DNA of 64,000 nucleotides. It comes from Zootoca vivipara. Its lineage: Eukaryota. Positions 12,163 to 24,770 of the stretch are shown in pieces. Every line of letters starts with the position of its first letter. Position 1 is the first letter of the stretch. The stretch lies in contig NC_083286.1 in NCBI RefSeq assembly GCF_963506605.1, positions 39,122,001 through 39,186,000 on the forward strand, read 5' to 3'. The notes beneath the pieces were generated by a model. It was not told the origin of the DNA. It saw only the letters and a list, made by a program, of their open reading frames with translations, and did not search any database. The translations under genes and the position numbers were made by a program.

Positions 12163-12360
12163 CCTACACATACCAAGGAAAATAGAAACATTGACCCCCC
12201 CACCCCACCCACATACCTTCCCCCCTTTTTTTCTTTTTTCTTCCTAATGTCTTAACAATAAAGATTAATGTGTAAAAGCTGTACATGGAAGGAATACGAG
12301 ACATTGTACCACCTCTGCAAACCATGAAAACCCTTAATAAAAATTGATTTTTTAAAAAAA
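12163..12360 (+). mobile_element. 5'-truncated poly(A) retroposon (L1-type 3' UTR)
   Basis: AATAAA plus A-tail; 15-bp TSD AACATTGGGAGGAGC (12148-12162, 12361-12375). Confidence 0.75.
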
Positions 12361-12791
12361 AACATTGGGAGGAGCACCCCAAAAAAATTATTTGGGGGGG
12401 GGAGAGCTGGGCCCATAGGAGTTGGTGCCAATGGCGACTACATACTAGCCATGAGGTCTACGTTCTCCCTCTACCATTGGAGCCTCTTCTTGCACTCAAA
12501 TCTTGCTTGTGGTCTTCCCAAAGGCATCTAGTTGGCCTCAGGATACTAGACTAGTCATGCCATTGGCTTGATCCAGCAGGCTCTTCTTATGCTCCTAATA
12601 CCATCAGTTTGAATTGTGTCCAGAAATGAACTGACATAACATGGCATTACACGCTGATATCTGTCTGTCCACATTAGCAATCTTCCTGCCCTACTTTTGG
12701 GCCAGCCACAATTTCTGGACAATCTTCAAAGGCAGCCCCACATATCACATATTGCAGTAATCCAATTGGGAGGTTACCAAAGCATGAATAC

Positions 12792-13776
12792 CTGTCAGAA
12801 AGCTATCTCTGTCCAGGTAGGTTTATAGTTAATAGATCAGTTGAAGCTTGAGGACCTTTATATTCCATTTTATTTCCATTCGCTTCAGTTTCCTTTTCAG
12901 TAGCACTGGCATTAGAGCCAAGATTAGTTGGTTGCATAGATATGCTTTCCAATTTGTTCTCAAAACCCCAAACAGAAGACTGTCGTTTATCTAGCTTAAT
13001 GCTTACTGCTTCCCATAGAGATAAAGTGGGATTAGCATGCTCCCTCCCACTCTCTCTTTTTAAGGCTTGGCCCGATGTAGAGCTCTCTTTCCTGATGGAT
13101 GAACAAGATGCCACTAAGCAGGTTTCCCATGGATTACTGACCAGCAGAGCAAAACAATCCCCTTGGCATTTTGCATTGCCTCTCACCGTTTGTGACGGGG
13201 AAGGAGCAAACTCAGGTGGTGCTGTGCTGAAAATTTCTTCTGTGAAACCCCCATCGCACCCAGCCATTCCCCATCAATTAACAAGAAAAGAAATGGCTTT
13301 CTAAAATTATCAAAAAGTAGAATGACTTTCAGTGGAATTCTCATGGGTAGGGAGGGTTTTCTTGGTTGTTGCACTTAAGGTGGCTGAGGAGTCTCACAAA
13401 GGTCTTTTCTTTCATTCTGAAAATCATCTCTCCTGTTGTCTAAAATCAGCAGCCTTCTCAGGTCCTGAAGAAGTGGAGGTTACAAGGTTTCTGAAGCTGT
13501 GTAGCTTTCTTCTGCCTTGGGGCAGCTGAGTACTGTGGGCAAAAGGAGCCCCACACAAAACTCTGAGGTCTGGTTTCAATCTAGCAGGGGAACCATCAGC
13601 TTCTACAGCACAAATGAGGGTGCAAATGTCTGGGAACGTTGCAGAAAACTGAAGGAAATTCAAGCAGAGATTTGAACTCTATGTCTTGGCTGGCCCTTCT
13701 GATGAATGTGGGAAGCTGCAGAGGTTTCCGACTGCTGTTTGTCTTTTAAGCAAAGCCATCTTACTTTTAAAGAAAC
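12792..13776 (-). pseudogene. Candidate large decayed exon
   Basis: Acceptor CATTCCCTGCCCTACACAG|G; ORFs 13424-13663 and 12803-13267 are in the same frame as the acceptor, with intervening stops. Confidence 0.4.
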
Positions 13777-14703
13777 CTGTGTAGGGCAGGGAATGTAAAG
13801 GTAAAAAGGCGGCTTTCACTTAAACAAAATCAGTGAGCATAGTGATCTCAGGCACATGGTAGACAGCCTCCTTGGCTTCCTGAGCTTTAATTAAAGTCCA
13901 GCTAAGGACCTCAAAGAATCCAAAGGAATGCATGTTTGGGGGGACATTGGAACAAGGAGCCTAGATTAAAGCAAGGGAGCCTCTTTGACTTCAGAATTGT
14001 AATTTATTTTTATCATCACTATTTCCTCAAAATGATGAATCAGCTTTGACAAGCTTCACAGTTTTTTCAGCCTACAGAATGTATGGCCATCTGCTGTATT
14101 TAAGGCTGAGAAAATTAGAATAATTATAGCAGAATGAGGCATTAAATAATAAGAACCCTAGTGGCCATTCTTCCTAAGAAGCAAGCAGTATTTCCATGGT
14201 ATATAATCCATCTTATTCATGATGCTAAGGCTGCAAGGCCTGGGAAGAAACCCCCTTGAATTTAATAGAACTTACATGGAGGATTCCATGGTAAGCCATG
14301 CTAAAGAATGAAGTTATCTGGGAGATAGTGCAGTGTAATAGTGAGTAGCATGTAGGGTTTGGAGAGAACTTAGTTTCAAATTCTCCTCAGTGATGAAGTT
14401 ACTATTCAGTTGTCTGCTTAGAATACAGTACTTATATCACACTTTAAATGTATTGTTATTGCTGCAGTTTTATTATTATTGTTTCAGGACACAAATAATT
14501 CCAAGGCAGCATATAGCCCTGAGAGGCCATCAAAATGAGTTAGAAAATATTCTCACAATAAAAATAATATTGGATGAGTTTGGTATCAGAAACAGAAATA
14601 ACATAGGGCCAGAATTATCTAGCTGCCATATCCTGTTCTCATCCTTGGTGTTGCCATTTAGCCTCTGTCTATTGGGCAGCATAGGTCACTGGTGACCTCT
14701 TAG

Positions 14704-15131
14704 TAGGGATAAGCAAATCGGTCAAAGTTGGTTTCTCTCTGCTTCTCATTTTCCAATTTCTTCACATTCCCATACCAGTTTACTTTAAAAATGTTACTGT
14801 GAAGATCCATCTTTTTAGTGTGTATTTCTCCAAATATACACATTTTTATGCAATTCCACTTAATGTACACATTTTTTCAAAGCAATTTTCCCTAATGTAA
14901 TGCATTTTGTATCATATTTTCACTAATATATACATTTTTATGAATACTTTACAATACAGCAGTATATTCATCTTTGTACAAATTACTTAGCCAGACAACT
15001 GAACTGCAAAATTCAGAAGGGTGGAAATTTTAAAATACAACTGTGTTTTGGTTCACATATTATTTCAGAAAGTGCAAATTAGATAGGTTCATCTTTATAT
15101 GAGAAATGAATCAATTTGCCCCCTATCCCTA
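14704..15131. mobile_element. Old non-autonomous hAT (Ac-like TAGGGAT ends)
   Basis: TAGGGAT...ATCCCTA termini; degenerate TSD CCTCTTAG/TGTCTTAT. Confidence 0.55.
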
Positions 15132-15956
15132 TGTCTTATGCAACGGAGTGGAGCTGAGCAGCTGGGTTCTTGCTCAGTCACAATGGACACAAGTACTTAC
15201 TTACTGGAGAAATCACTACCGGTATCTATCAGCTAACCTTACTATCAGAGTGGTCGTTTAGGCAAAATTGTCTAAAATGCTATTCAGAGTTCCTCACTAT
15301 ATAACAAAGGCATCTTTGAATTTTCCCACAGATCTGTATGTGGAAGCCATTACTTAGATATATGAATGTGGCTGTAGCATATGCCTTGCACGGTTATCAG
15401 AACAGCAATGCCTTCTATATCTGAGTTAGAGCAAGTATACTGACTGTTGAGTAGTTCTCCCCCCAAAAAAATGAATAAAAAAGTATTGCATATCAAGCAT
15501 ATGGTCTCATAACAACCATTGCCTAGAGAAAACACAACACTCAAAAAAGAACTGGGGGGAAACCCCTCAAAATCACATATCTGTAAAAACAACTAAACTT
15601 GCTATGATAATTTTTATCCCACTCTTCAGCCAAAAAGGGCTCTTAGATCCCCACTCCATCCCCACTATCTGCTGCAGAGGTTGCAAGGGCCATGGCAAAT
15701 TGGCAATAACATAAGAGCATACGAAAGGACTGCTGTATCTAACCAATAGCTTATCTAGTCCAGCATCCTCTTCGCATGGTGGCCAACAAGATGACTATGG
15801 GAAGGTCACAAGTAGGACGGCCGGTATTGTTTTAGAGGGACCATTCTCTTTTCATTCTCCCAAAGGAGGCAATAAGATGGTGCCTGCTATCTTTAGTTTT
15901 TGTAAGCATCAGGCACTACTCGTCTATTCCCCCTCTGCATTAGTGCACACTATTTT

Positions 15957-16428
15957 CAGCATCTTAAAAAGCAGAGACATCACCTTGCCGACAAAGGTCC
16001 GTATAGTTAATGGTTTTCCCAGTAGTGATGTATGGAAGTGAGAGCTGGACCATAAAGAAGGCTGATTGCTGATGGTGCTGGAGGAGACTCTTGAGAGTCC
16101 CATGGACTGCAAGAAGATCAAACCTATCCATTCTGAAGGAAATCAGCCCTGAGTGCTCACTGGAAGGACAGATCCTGAAGCTGAGGCTCCAATACTTTGG
16201 CCACCTCATGAGAAGAGAAGACTCCCTGGAAAAGACCCTGATGCTGGGAAAGATTGAGGGCACAAGGAGAAGGGGACGACAGAGGGCAATATGGTTGGAC
16301 AGTGTTCTCGAAGCTATGAACATGAGTTTGACAAAACTGCGGGAGGCAATAGAAGGCAGGAGTGCCTGGCGTGCTGTGGTCCATGGGGTCACAAAGAGTC
16401 TGACACGACTAAACGACTAAACAACAAT
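15957..16428 (+). mobile_element. Bov-B (RTE) LINE 3' fragment
   Basis: Peptide RVPWTARRSNLSILKEISPECSLEG...YFGHLMRR...WRAVVHGVTKS is the Bov-B ORF C-terminus; (CAA)n tail. Confidence 0.95.
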
Positions 16429-17038
16429 ATTTAGATCTAGATTTTTAAAAGAATACTTCAGAAATACCCTCCCTCCCAAATGCTGGCCGAAGACACTTGG
16501 CTGACTGAGAAGGACAAGATATCACCCCTCATCCACATACAACATTCTACCACACTTTTATTTGAACATTGGCAATGGGGCAACATCCACCACTGAATCT
16601 GAGGATATCTGGTGAGCTTAGGAGGTGCAGAGGAGTCTAGCTTATAGGATGAAGGGGGAATGGGGTAGGGGATTGCTGCTGCCCTCTGAAGCAGTAGCCT
16701 CATGGTAAGTCTGACTCTCCTTTCCCTTCTCTCCCCCCCACCCCCATGTTTTGCTGATGGGAACTTCCATTTGCTCATGGAAGGCTTCTTGAACCAATGG
16801 AAGTTCCCATCATTGAATACATTTCATGCTGTGCTTTGAAAAACGGAACAGCTTATTTAATACTCTCTCCAACAGGATTTTAAAAATGGGTGCTCATGTA
16901 TAGCATTTTCAGGGAAGAACTTCAGCAAAAACAAAGAAACCACAGACCCTGAGATGTACAATATTTATTTTCTCGTGGTCCTTTCTGAGTGGCTATGAAA
17001 CAAGCAGATTTTTAAGTATTAAAGATATTTCTCATATA

Positions 17039-17455
17039 CAGTGGTACCTCGGTTTATGAACACAATTGGTTCCGGAAGTCTGTTCATAAACTGAAGCGTT
17101 CATAAACTGAAGCGAACTTTCCCATTGAAAGTAATGGAAAGTGAATTAATCCGTTCCAGACGGTCTGCGGAGTAAGCGTTCATAAACTGAAGCAAACTTT
17201 CCCATTGAAAGTAATGGAAAGTGGATTAATCCGTTCCAGACGGGTCCACAGAGTACTTAAACTGAAGCGTTCATAAACTGAAGCATGGGTGTAATTGGTT
17301 CCGGAAGTCTGTTCATAAACTGAAGCGTTCATAAACTGAAGCAAACTTTCCCATTGAAAGTAATGGAAAATGAATTAATCCGTTCCAGAGCGGTCCACAG
17401 CGTTCATAAACCGAAAATTCATAAACCGAGGTGTTCATAAACTGAGGTTCCACTG
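17039..17455. mobile_element. Tc1/mariner MITE with internal tandem repeats
   Basis: CAGTGGTACCTC/GAGGTTCCACTG TIRs, TA TSD, three copies of a ~70-80 bp internal unit. Confidence 0.9.
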
Positions 17456-17833
17456 TATATCACCAGCAGCTTTCAGAGATGAGATATATAAATATTATAT
17501 CTATTTATCTTAAAAACATTCCTTGGGCTTCTGGCATCCTTTTACACAAATGGAATATTTTGGCGACATAAACATATTTACCGTGCAATTCCTATATTCA
17601 GTGTCATAATCGAAACCCTTTTAATGCTCTCAGCCCTGCAGCATTAATATTGATATGAAAAGAAGCAATATCATTTGTGCTTCATGCTTCGTTCCCAACA
17701 GATCAATCTAGCATCACCCCTTATCTTGCTATTGTGCCATTTTTTCAAATTACAGTGAATGAAAGCACACCGAGGACTAGCCGAACCAGTCCTGTATTTC
17801 TAAGATATGGATGGATGTGATGGGGAAAGACTA

Positions 17834-18826
17834 TTATAGGCATATTCTTCGAATTATTAAATAGCAGCAGGATTGTACCAGTTGGTGAATGGTGGGTTCA
17901 ATTCTGCTTAGTTTGGCTGTGTGCATGTGTGTTTCCCTACTGGGGACAGATGCATGCAGTCCAAGTGCAGGGCAGGGCTGTTTGAAAGCCCTCTTGCTCC
18001 TTGCAACTTGCCTCTCCTTCATCCCACCCAACATCTGAGTGCTCAGGTGACCTGACCGCTGGTGACCTGGGGCGATCTTGACCTGACTCGGTTGAAGCGC
18101 AGAGCCACCCAAATCAGCCTGATTTGGTTTCATCAAAGCCCTTTTATTTTCATGGTTAAAATCACTGCAGTTTTGAAAGGCTCTGTCTACAAAAAATGGC
18201 ACCCAACAGTCTCCAGACACAGACCAAAACCCACTCCTCCATCTCAGGACTGCCATGCCAAATTGGGCAATGTCATCTTTGTCATCTAGGTTCAGTTTGG
18301 AATGGTTTAGCCTACCAACTTGTTTCAAAATGATGTCCAACCATAGACCAAAACCCGCTCTTCGATCTAGCTTCTGAGAATCACAGGTTTGGGAGGGTTG
18401 GAAATTATGGTACATGTGCTTCCCAGTTCTTTCTCTTCTGCATCCATACAGCAATCAGTCCACTGGAAGTGGCAGCTTTGGGGAGCCAAGTGTTCCCCAT
18501 CTGCCCATCCTTCGCCCTAATAGTCCCATTGTTGCTGCCTGAGAGAAACTACGAATGACTGGAGTTGAGTGCCCTTGGCCTCCTGGTCTTCCTATGGGGC
18601 AATCTCCTTTGGTGGTGACCCTGTCACTTAGGACAGTGGCACTCTTATAACCCTGCCTCCAAATGAAGGTCCAATGAGTCAGAGATGTTGGGAAATGCTG
18701 AGTCATTGCTAGGCCTCCTCTTGGAAGCAGAAGCTTTCTGAGCGGCAAAGTCTTATGCAGCAGGTCTGTTTGAGAGGAAGGTTCCACCAGCAGCACAGAA
18801 CAGATGTGCAGAAAATAATGTTGCCA
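17834..18826 (-). pseudogene. ~330-codon reading frame interrupted by a single TGA
   Basis: ORFs 18455-18796 and 17834-18454 are contiguous and in frame; non-repetitive sequence. Confidence 0.45.
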
Positions 18827-19588
18827 TAATTAGCTGGCACTTTAAAAAAATAATTCTGCCAGAGGTAGATTTCATTCTGTCCAAATGCCACTGTATAAAG
18901 AAAGATCAGATGAGGATGGGGGTGGGGAGGCCACCTTTCCATTTTTGCACAGAGGGAGCAGAGGAGAAAATCATTAATTTGCCTCAACAGGCATGAAGCC
19001 ATTTCACTCTGATGTGAATGCTCCACGCATTTGTAAATGCTTCCTTTCCCCCTCCAGTTTATGGAAATAAGAATAGTATTAATGCAGCCTGATAACAGCC
19101 CGTAGTGTTAGGAACCCTCCAGGCCAACTCCTATGCACACTGTCATTGCAAATATGTACACCAAGCTGTTGGCAAGCTGTTGGAAAATGAAAAATAAACT
19201 TCTGTGTGAATCACGGTCAATCTGAATTTATTCTGAGCAGATCTAATTGTTTTCATTATTTGGTGGCTTTCGTCGGGGACTGAAGCTGCGGGCATGGAAT
19301 CCTCTTCTAAGTAAGTAAGTAGAAAATATCTGTTAGAAAACATCATGCAAAGGAGAACGGTTGCTTACTATCTTGAGGCAATTTTAACTAAGCTCCTGTA
19401 TCCTGTATTTTTGTTTGTTTGTGAATGACACTCTTAACAACAAGGGAAAGACCGTGCCCTCATATTTTTATTATCGAGGGAAAGCATATGAAGGAGAACT
19501 TCTAATCTAAATCCCTTTCTTGGTCTTCCTTTATTTTCCTCAGCTGGGTAGGGATAAAATAAATAGCTAAATTCTCTTCTGTTCTCAT

Positions 19589-20578
19589 TAGAAATAGAAT
19601 AGAAATACTTTATTGTCACTGTACCACTTGTTTACAGTGAGATTAAACGAGCCCCTCTCCCCCATCTCTCAGTCCTTGTTACACTCTGTGTGCTGTCGTA
19701 CGACCACCAACCCGAACATCAGCTGCAGTGTTGCTGTCTTCCATTCAGCAGCCCCACGGCCCATGTGTAAAAACTGTTCTTTAACCTGTTGGTATGGCTT
19801 ATCATGCTTCTATATCTCCTGCCCGAGGGCAGGAGATTTAAAAGGTGCTGGCCAGGGTGTGAGTCATCCCTGAGAATGTTCCTTGCTCTTCTGAGGCAAC
19901 GGTCTCCCACGATAACTTCTGGTGGACTCAGGGGACAGCCCACAATATCGTGTGCTGTCTTCACCACCCTCTGTAGGGACTCTCTGTCCACGGCTGTCAA
20001 ACCAGCATGCCACACCGTAATGCAGTATGAGAGAACACTTTCTATCGTGGACCGATAGAAGGAAATCATCAGTTGCTGTCCAACCTTGTTCTTTCGCAAG
20101 ACCCTAAGGAAATGAAGTCTCTGTTGGGCCTTCCTAACCACCTGGGCTTTTATTGACCTTCCAAGTTAGGTCTTCACTAAGATGGACTCTCAGGTATTTA
20201 AAGGAAGAGACTCTCTCCACACAGCCCCCCCCCCCGATATACAACGGGGCTAGCTCCCCTCTCTTCCTCCGAAAGTCCAACACCATCTCCTTTGTCTTGC
20301 CAATGTTTAGGTGCAGATTGTTCTCTGAGCACCATGTGGATACCTTTTGAACCTCCCCCCTGTACGCAGATTTCTCTCTGCCTGAAATTAAACCCATTAT
20401 GGTGGTGTCATCAGCAAACTTAGTAATTGAAGTAGATGGGTCAGATGAAATGCAATCATATGTATACAACGAATACAGGTATTGACTTAGCACACATCCC
20501 TGTGGAGTGCCAGTGCTGAGCTTCAGGGAGGTAGATGTAACAGGTCCAGTCCTCACTCTTTGTGTCCGATCTCTCAGC
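19589..20578 (-). mobile_element. Rex1/Babar-clade LINE, 5'-truncated (RT C-terminal half)
   Basis: Motifs STGTPQGCVLS, KFADDTT, KTKEMVLDFRR, KAQQRLHFLR, FYRSTIESVL; one frameshift near 20140; (TATTC)n tail. Confidence 0.9.
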
Positions 20579-21329
20579 ATATTTGGTTGAGTTCTCTTAT
20601 ATTCACCACTGTAAGAACCCAATAATAGTTGCAGTTTCCTTGAGATCATTAATTAAAACATAATGAAAAGGTGAGTCAGTGAAGAAGTCCCATGTTTCCT
20701 CAAGGTCCTTGGGGCCAGCCTTGAGATGGAGTAGCAAATGTCCTCAGGGTCCATAGAATCCAAAGCCAACCCAATTCTCTAGGTACCTGAGGTAGAAATT
20801 CCCAGAAGCATTTCTCCCCATCCCTGCCAGTAAAAATGCAAAAATAATGAATTAAAGAACAATTTTTGTTATCTTTTAATATCTATCATAAACTGTACAG
20901 CATTATTCACAGAAAAGCAACTATTAAATTATAAAGAAATTATCTCTCACTACTGATGCAATATATACATACCAAACAAAGAGCAATTTTTCAAACATTT
21001 CACCTAGACCTAGTCTTCACATTAACTATTTATATTACCTATCAGTTATCATAAGATTGTCTATATGTCTCAAAACATCAGAAACCAAACTTTTGTTTGC
21101 AGAAGTAATTTCATAATACAATACTCAGTAAAAAGATTCCAGTTTTCTTCAAACCTACCTTACTGTTGACTTTTTTCTCCAGTTCCCAAGTGTGATAATT
21201 TTGCAGTTACAGCACATGCCTAAGCCTTTGCCATCCACTCATCTATTGAACTAGTGATCTGCTATTCTTTATGACATTCAGAATTAACCAGCTCCCTGGA
21301 AAAGCTGGCTCATTATAGAAATGAAAATT

Positions 21330-21647
21330 TATTCACATCGTAACATGGAAGGATGTGTGTTTTTGAGGGTCCCAGCCCAGTAGCCTCTGGACCGCCAGCC
21401 TCCAGTTCCATGGACTCCAAACCAGCAGCCTTGGGCTTGGTTGGCTCTGAAAGATCAGCAGCAGGAGCTTAGTTCAGTTCCTCAGTTGGTGCTACGGCAG
21501 CCTTTGATCCAGCTGGCAACTGTGAACCTGAGTTTGAGGTCATTGAGTGTTCAGTGACAGGTATCTCCAATAAAGGCAAGCTGCAGGCTGACAGCTCAGA
21601 GATAGGAGGCTTGGAAGGAGGTGCAAAAGAAGAAGGCTTTCAAAAAT
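21330..21647 (-). pseudogene. Candidate decayed exon (DF*KPSSFAPPSKPPISEL...PTEELN*APAADLSEPTKPKAAGLESMELEAGGPEATG)
   Basis: TTGCTTTCAG acceptor, protein-like composition, two stops explicable as CGA>TGA and CAA>TAA. Confidence 0.5.
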
Positions 21648-21766
21648 CTGAAAGCAACCTAAACTCTTACAGGTAGACAACCCATATAAAGCAGGCATGA
21701 AGCTGGCAAATTGAAAGCCAGAGATCAGGAGACAGAGAAAATGGTGCCTGTCAACCCAGCCAGGAA

Positions 21767-22104
21767 CATACCTGCCAAGTCTCCCACTGAAAAATGCGGG
21801 ATCAGCAGCGGCATAGAAGCAACTTCCGGGGCCGCTCTGCCCATGTGTGGGCACTGGAAATAGGGCAGAGCGGCACCGGAAGTCGCTTCTACGCATGCCC
21901 GGTGGCCATCTGGGCATGCGTAGAAGCGACTTCCGGTGCCGCTCTGCCTGATTTCCGGCACCCAAAATGGAGGCTCCCTGGCAGGTAGGAAATCTGGGGA
22001 AAATCTGGGGGATTTCCGGGATTTTTCTCCATTCGGGAGAACAGCAGGAAACGGATTAAAATCCGGGGGTTTCCCGTGAAAAAACGGGATACTTGGCAGC
22101 TAAG
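21767..22104. mobile_element. hAT non-autonomous element (CATA(C/G)CTGCCAAG TIR) with internal palindrome
   Basis: TIRs CATACCTGCCAAGT/ACTTGGCAGCTAAG; TSD-like GCCAGGAA/GCCAGAAG; perfect 37-bp arms 21864-21900 and 21912-21948. Confidence 0.85.
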
Positions 22105-22386
22105 GCCAGAAGGGTGGGATATAACTAATAAAATTATTATTTATTTTTATTTTTATTATTACCCAGACTGAGAGAATTCTGGTAGCCTTTGTATCCCCGT
22201 CCCCAGTAACTGGGTCAGAAACATCTGAATCTCTAGCTCAGGAGGATCATGGCCTGTTATGGTGAGCTCCTGGCTGAAAGAGAATTCTCTGCTCATGGGG
22301 CAACAAAACATTTTGGATTATTAAATGGTTGGCAGTGATGATTTGCTTCTTGTTGTCTCTCAGAATCTGTGTCACCGCTGCCTTAC

Positions 22387-22472
22387 CCCTTTACATATTG
22401 CTTTCTTTCTCCAAGTGGTCTGTGTTCCCTTCAGGACTTGCAATGAAGATAAAGGTTGAAAAAGTACCCAGC
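22387..22472 (-). pseudogene. Candidate 86-nt exon (WVLFQPLSSLQVLKGTQTTWRKKAICKG)
   Basis: TTCCTTCCCTGCCTTCTCTTAG acceptor and GGG|GTAAGG donor; open in phase 1 to 0. Confidence 0.45.
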
Positions 22473-23085
22473 CTAAGAGAAGGCAGGGAAGGAATTACTT
22501 GCCTTTATTCATTACTGTATTAGCTGGCCTTCAGAAACCTTTATCTTGGTGCATAATATCTGACAGTAGGTTCTGGAACACTTGCTGTGATTAATGACAG
22601 GCAGCGCATCATCTACCACCAGGCCATAAGTCACATCATGTCCTTTTCTCCCTCTGTACCGTAGATGTGTTTGGGAGGAAAATATTTGGCAACACGTCTT
22701 GCAAACAAGCTATGTGGTTCGACTGCGCATTCAGCAGATTATAATCACTCGGCTCCATAGAAGATCTTCTTAAGGAGCACAAAATACAACTTCTTATTAT
22801 TATTCCCAGCTAGGGGAAAACATAGCATAAACAAATTATAGGTGTTTGTTGTGTGTCCCCTACAGGCTTCTCTTCTACTTCTTCATTTCAAACAACTTGT
22901 TCTGTGCAGCATCTGGCTTGGTTTTTAACTTTGGAGAATTAAACTTTTATTTATTTATAAAACTATTTCTATATCCACACCCTTCACTCCACAGAGCACC
23001 AAAGTGGTTTACAGCTAAACAACAATAAAGCTTGAAACATATCCATAACGCATATCCATAAAAACAATACCAATAAAATAGAAGC

Positions 23086-23233
23086 ATAGAGTAGAATTTT
23101 AGAGTTGGAAGGGACCCTGAGGATCATCTAGTCCAACCCCCTGCAAGGCAGGAATATACAGGTGTCACATGTGGGGATCAAACCTGCAACCTTGGCGTTA
23201 TCACCACCATGCTCGAACCAGCTGAGCTACCCA
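23086..23233 (-). mobile_element. tRNA-derived SINE with CR1-like tail
   Basis: Minus GGGTAGCTCAGCTGGTTCGAGC...GGTTTGATCCCC head (A/B boxes) joined to GGACTAGATGATCC..CCCTTCCAACTCT tail. Confidence 0.8.
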
Positions 23234-24526
23234 GATTGATAATGGTCCAGTAACAATACAGCTAGAGTCCTAATCCAGCTAAAGCCGGCTGTATGCACAG
23301 CATGTCAGAATGTTAGCCCCAATGTCAGTAATAAATTTGGCCCTTGGCTCTCTTCTCCTTTCACATGGCTGGTGCTATCAATGCCTATCCAAGCAAAAGA
23401 ACATGCAGAAAGACAGAGGGAGGCCTTTCTGTTTCCAAATGCAAAAGCAAAAAAAAAGCAAAAAAAAAGAGTACATCTTCTCACTTTGCATTCAATAACA
23501 GAGCAGAGATCATTCACTGTTCACTTTAATTACCTTGTTCCCCATGAGCAGACTTTATGGAAACCTCTTACAGCAATACGTTTCAGATTCAAAACTTATG
23601 TGCAATATTGTCATAGATTAATACCACTTCTCACTGGGAAATAGCTGAGAAGTTCACAGTCTTGGTCACACTCTATTAACTTCGCTCAAGAAAACAAAGC
23701 TAAAAATAACAATGACGAGCCTATGCATCAAAGTGACTTTAATGGCTAAAAGCAGCATCTATTTAACCATTGCATTTGCATGCTGCTGTGCATCTTTTGA
23801 ACTGGAAAGATACTTCTCAGCATAAAACCCAAAAGCCTTGGCTCCAGCTGCAAGGGAAGATGTTCTTTGCCTTAGTACTAGCAGCACATAATTGCATTTG
23901 GGTCCCCGAAAAGTGACAGCTGTACTTTATTGAGTCCACCTGAAGAAATGTGAGATCTAATTGCATGATAGCTGCATGAGAATCCAGTGAGTACATCTCA
24001 TGGCTCCTGACAGGCCATGTGCTGCTTGCTTTTGTACCGACACAATAAGCTTAGTTTGTGTTTACAAGATCATTAATCTAAACACAGACCAAGAGGTAGG
24101 TGGGAAAAATCCATCCACTCTGTCTTCACTAGATCCCCATGAAGTGCATTCTCAGCCAAAACAGTGTATGTGAGTTATTATTTACTAATTGCATTCATCC
24201 CCTACCCTTTACTCAAAAAAGGGGGGGGGCTATAAGAGCAGTTTACAAAATAAGTACTGCCGGTAAGGTAATCCCCTGCCTTCAGGCTTGCAATCTAAAA
24301 AGATATGACATATGAGGGAAAAGCAAGGGGGAGGGAGGAAGGAAAACCAAGCTCCAGCACTAATGCTTAAAGTTACAGCCGATGGCAGTGGAGGTTGTGG
24401 TTGCCTCACCTTTGAAAAGGAGCAATTCCTCCCCTGAAGCACTATATGCACACACTCCATCAGATTCAGAAGCAAAGCAGGTGACAATGTCCTGACCAGG
24501 AGGATAGGAGTGCCCTTGCCACACTG

Positions 24527-24770
24527 ATTGTTGGCATCCATCTGCTGCAGGAGGCAAGGGAGGGGTGCACTTTTTGGGGTGAAGTCAAACTGTTGGAAGG
24601 TTGCAGTGCCTGCTGTGGCCGTGGAGACCAATATGGGAGAGACATGTTTTGTTGCAGCTGGGGCAGATGAAGGTGTCGGATTGTGCTGCTTCAGATGCAC
24701 CATGGCCTTTCTTCTCTCTGTGCTCCTCCCAGTAGTCATTCCTCCTCTGGTCATCACTATGGATATACAT
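24527..24770 (-). mobile_element. RTE-clade LINE 3' fragment
   Basis: C-terminal zinc-finger-like FICPSCNKTCLSHIGLHGHSRHC typical of RTE ORFs. Confidence 0.8.

Noticed and set aside
17039-17455. CRISPR-like repeats
   Set aside because: Internal repeats of a TA-flanked MITE with repeated, not unique, spacers
20870-21290. Degraded L1 fragment on minus
   Set aside because: Only weak compositional resemblance and no TSD; not listed as a feature
21540-21988. Overlapping ORFs with repeated peptides
   Set aside because: They arise from the palindromic hAT element
23170-23233. tRNA gene
   Set aside because: Degenerate tRNA-like head fused to a CR1-like tail, so a SINE
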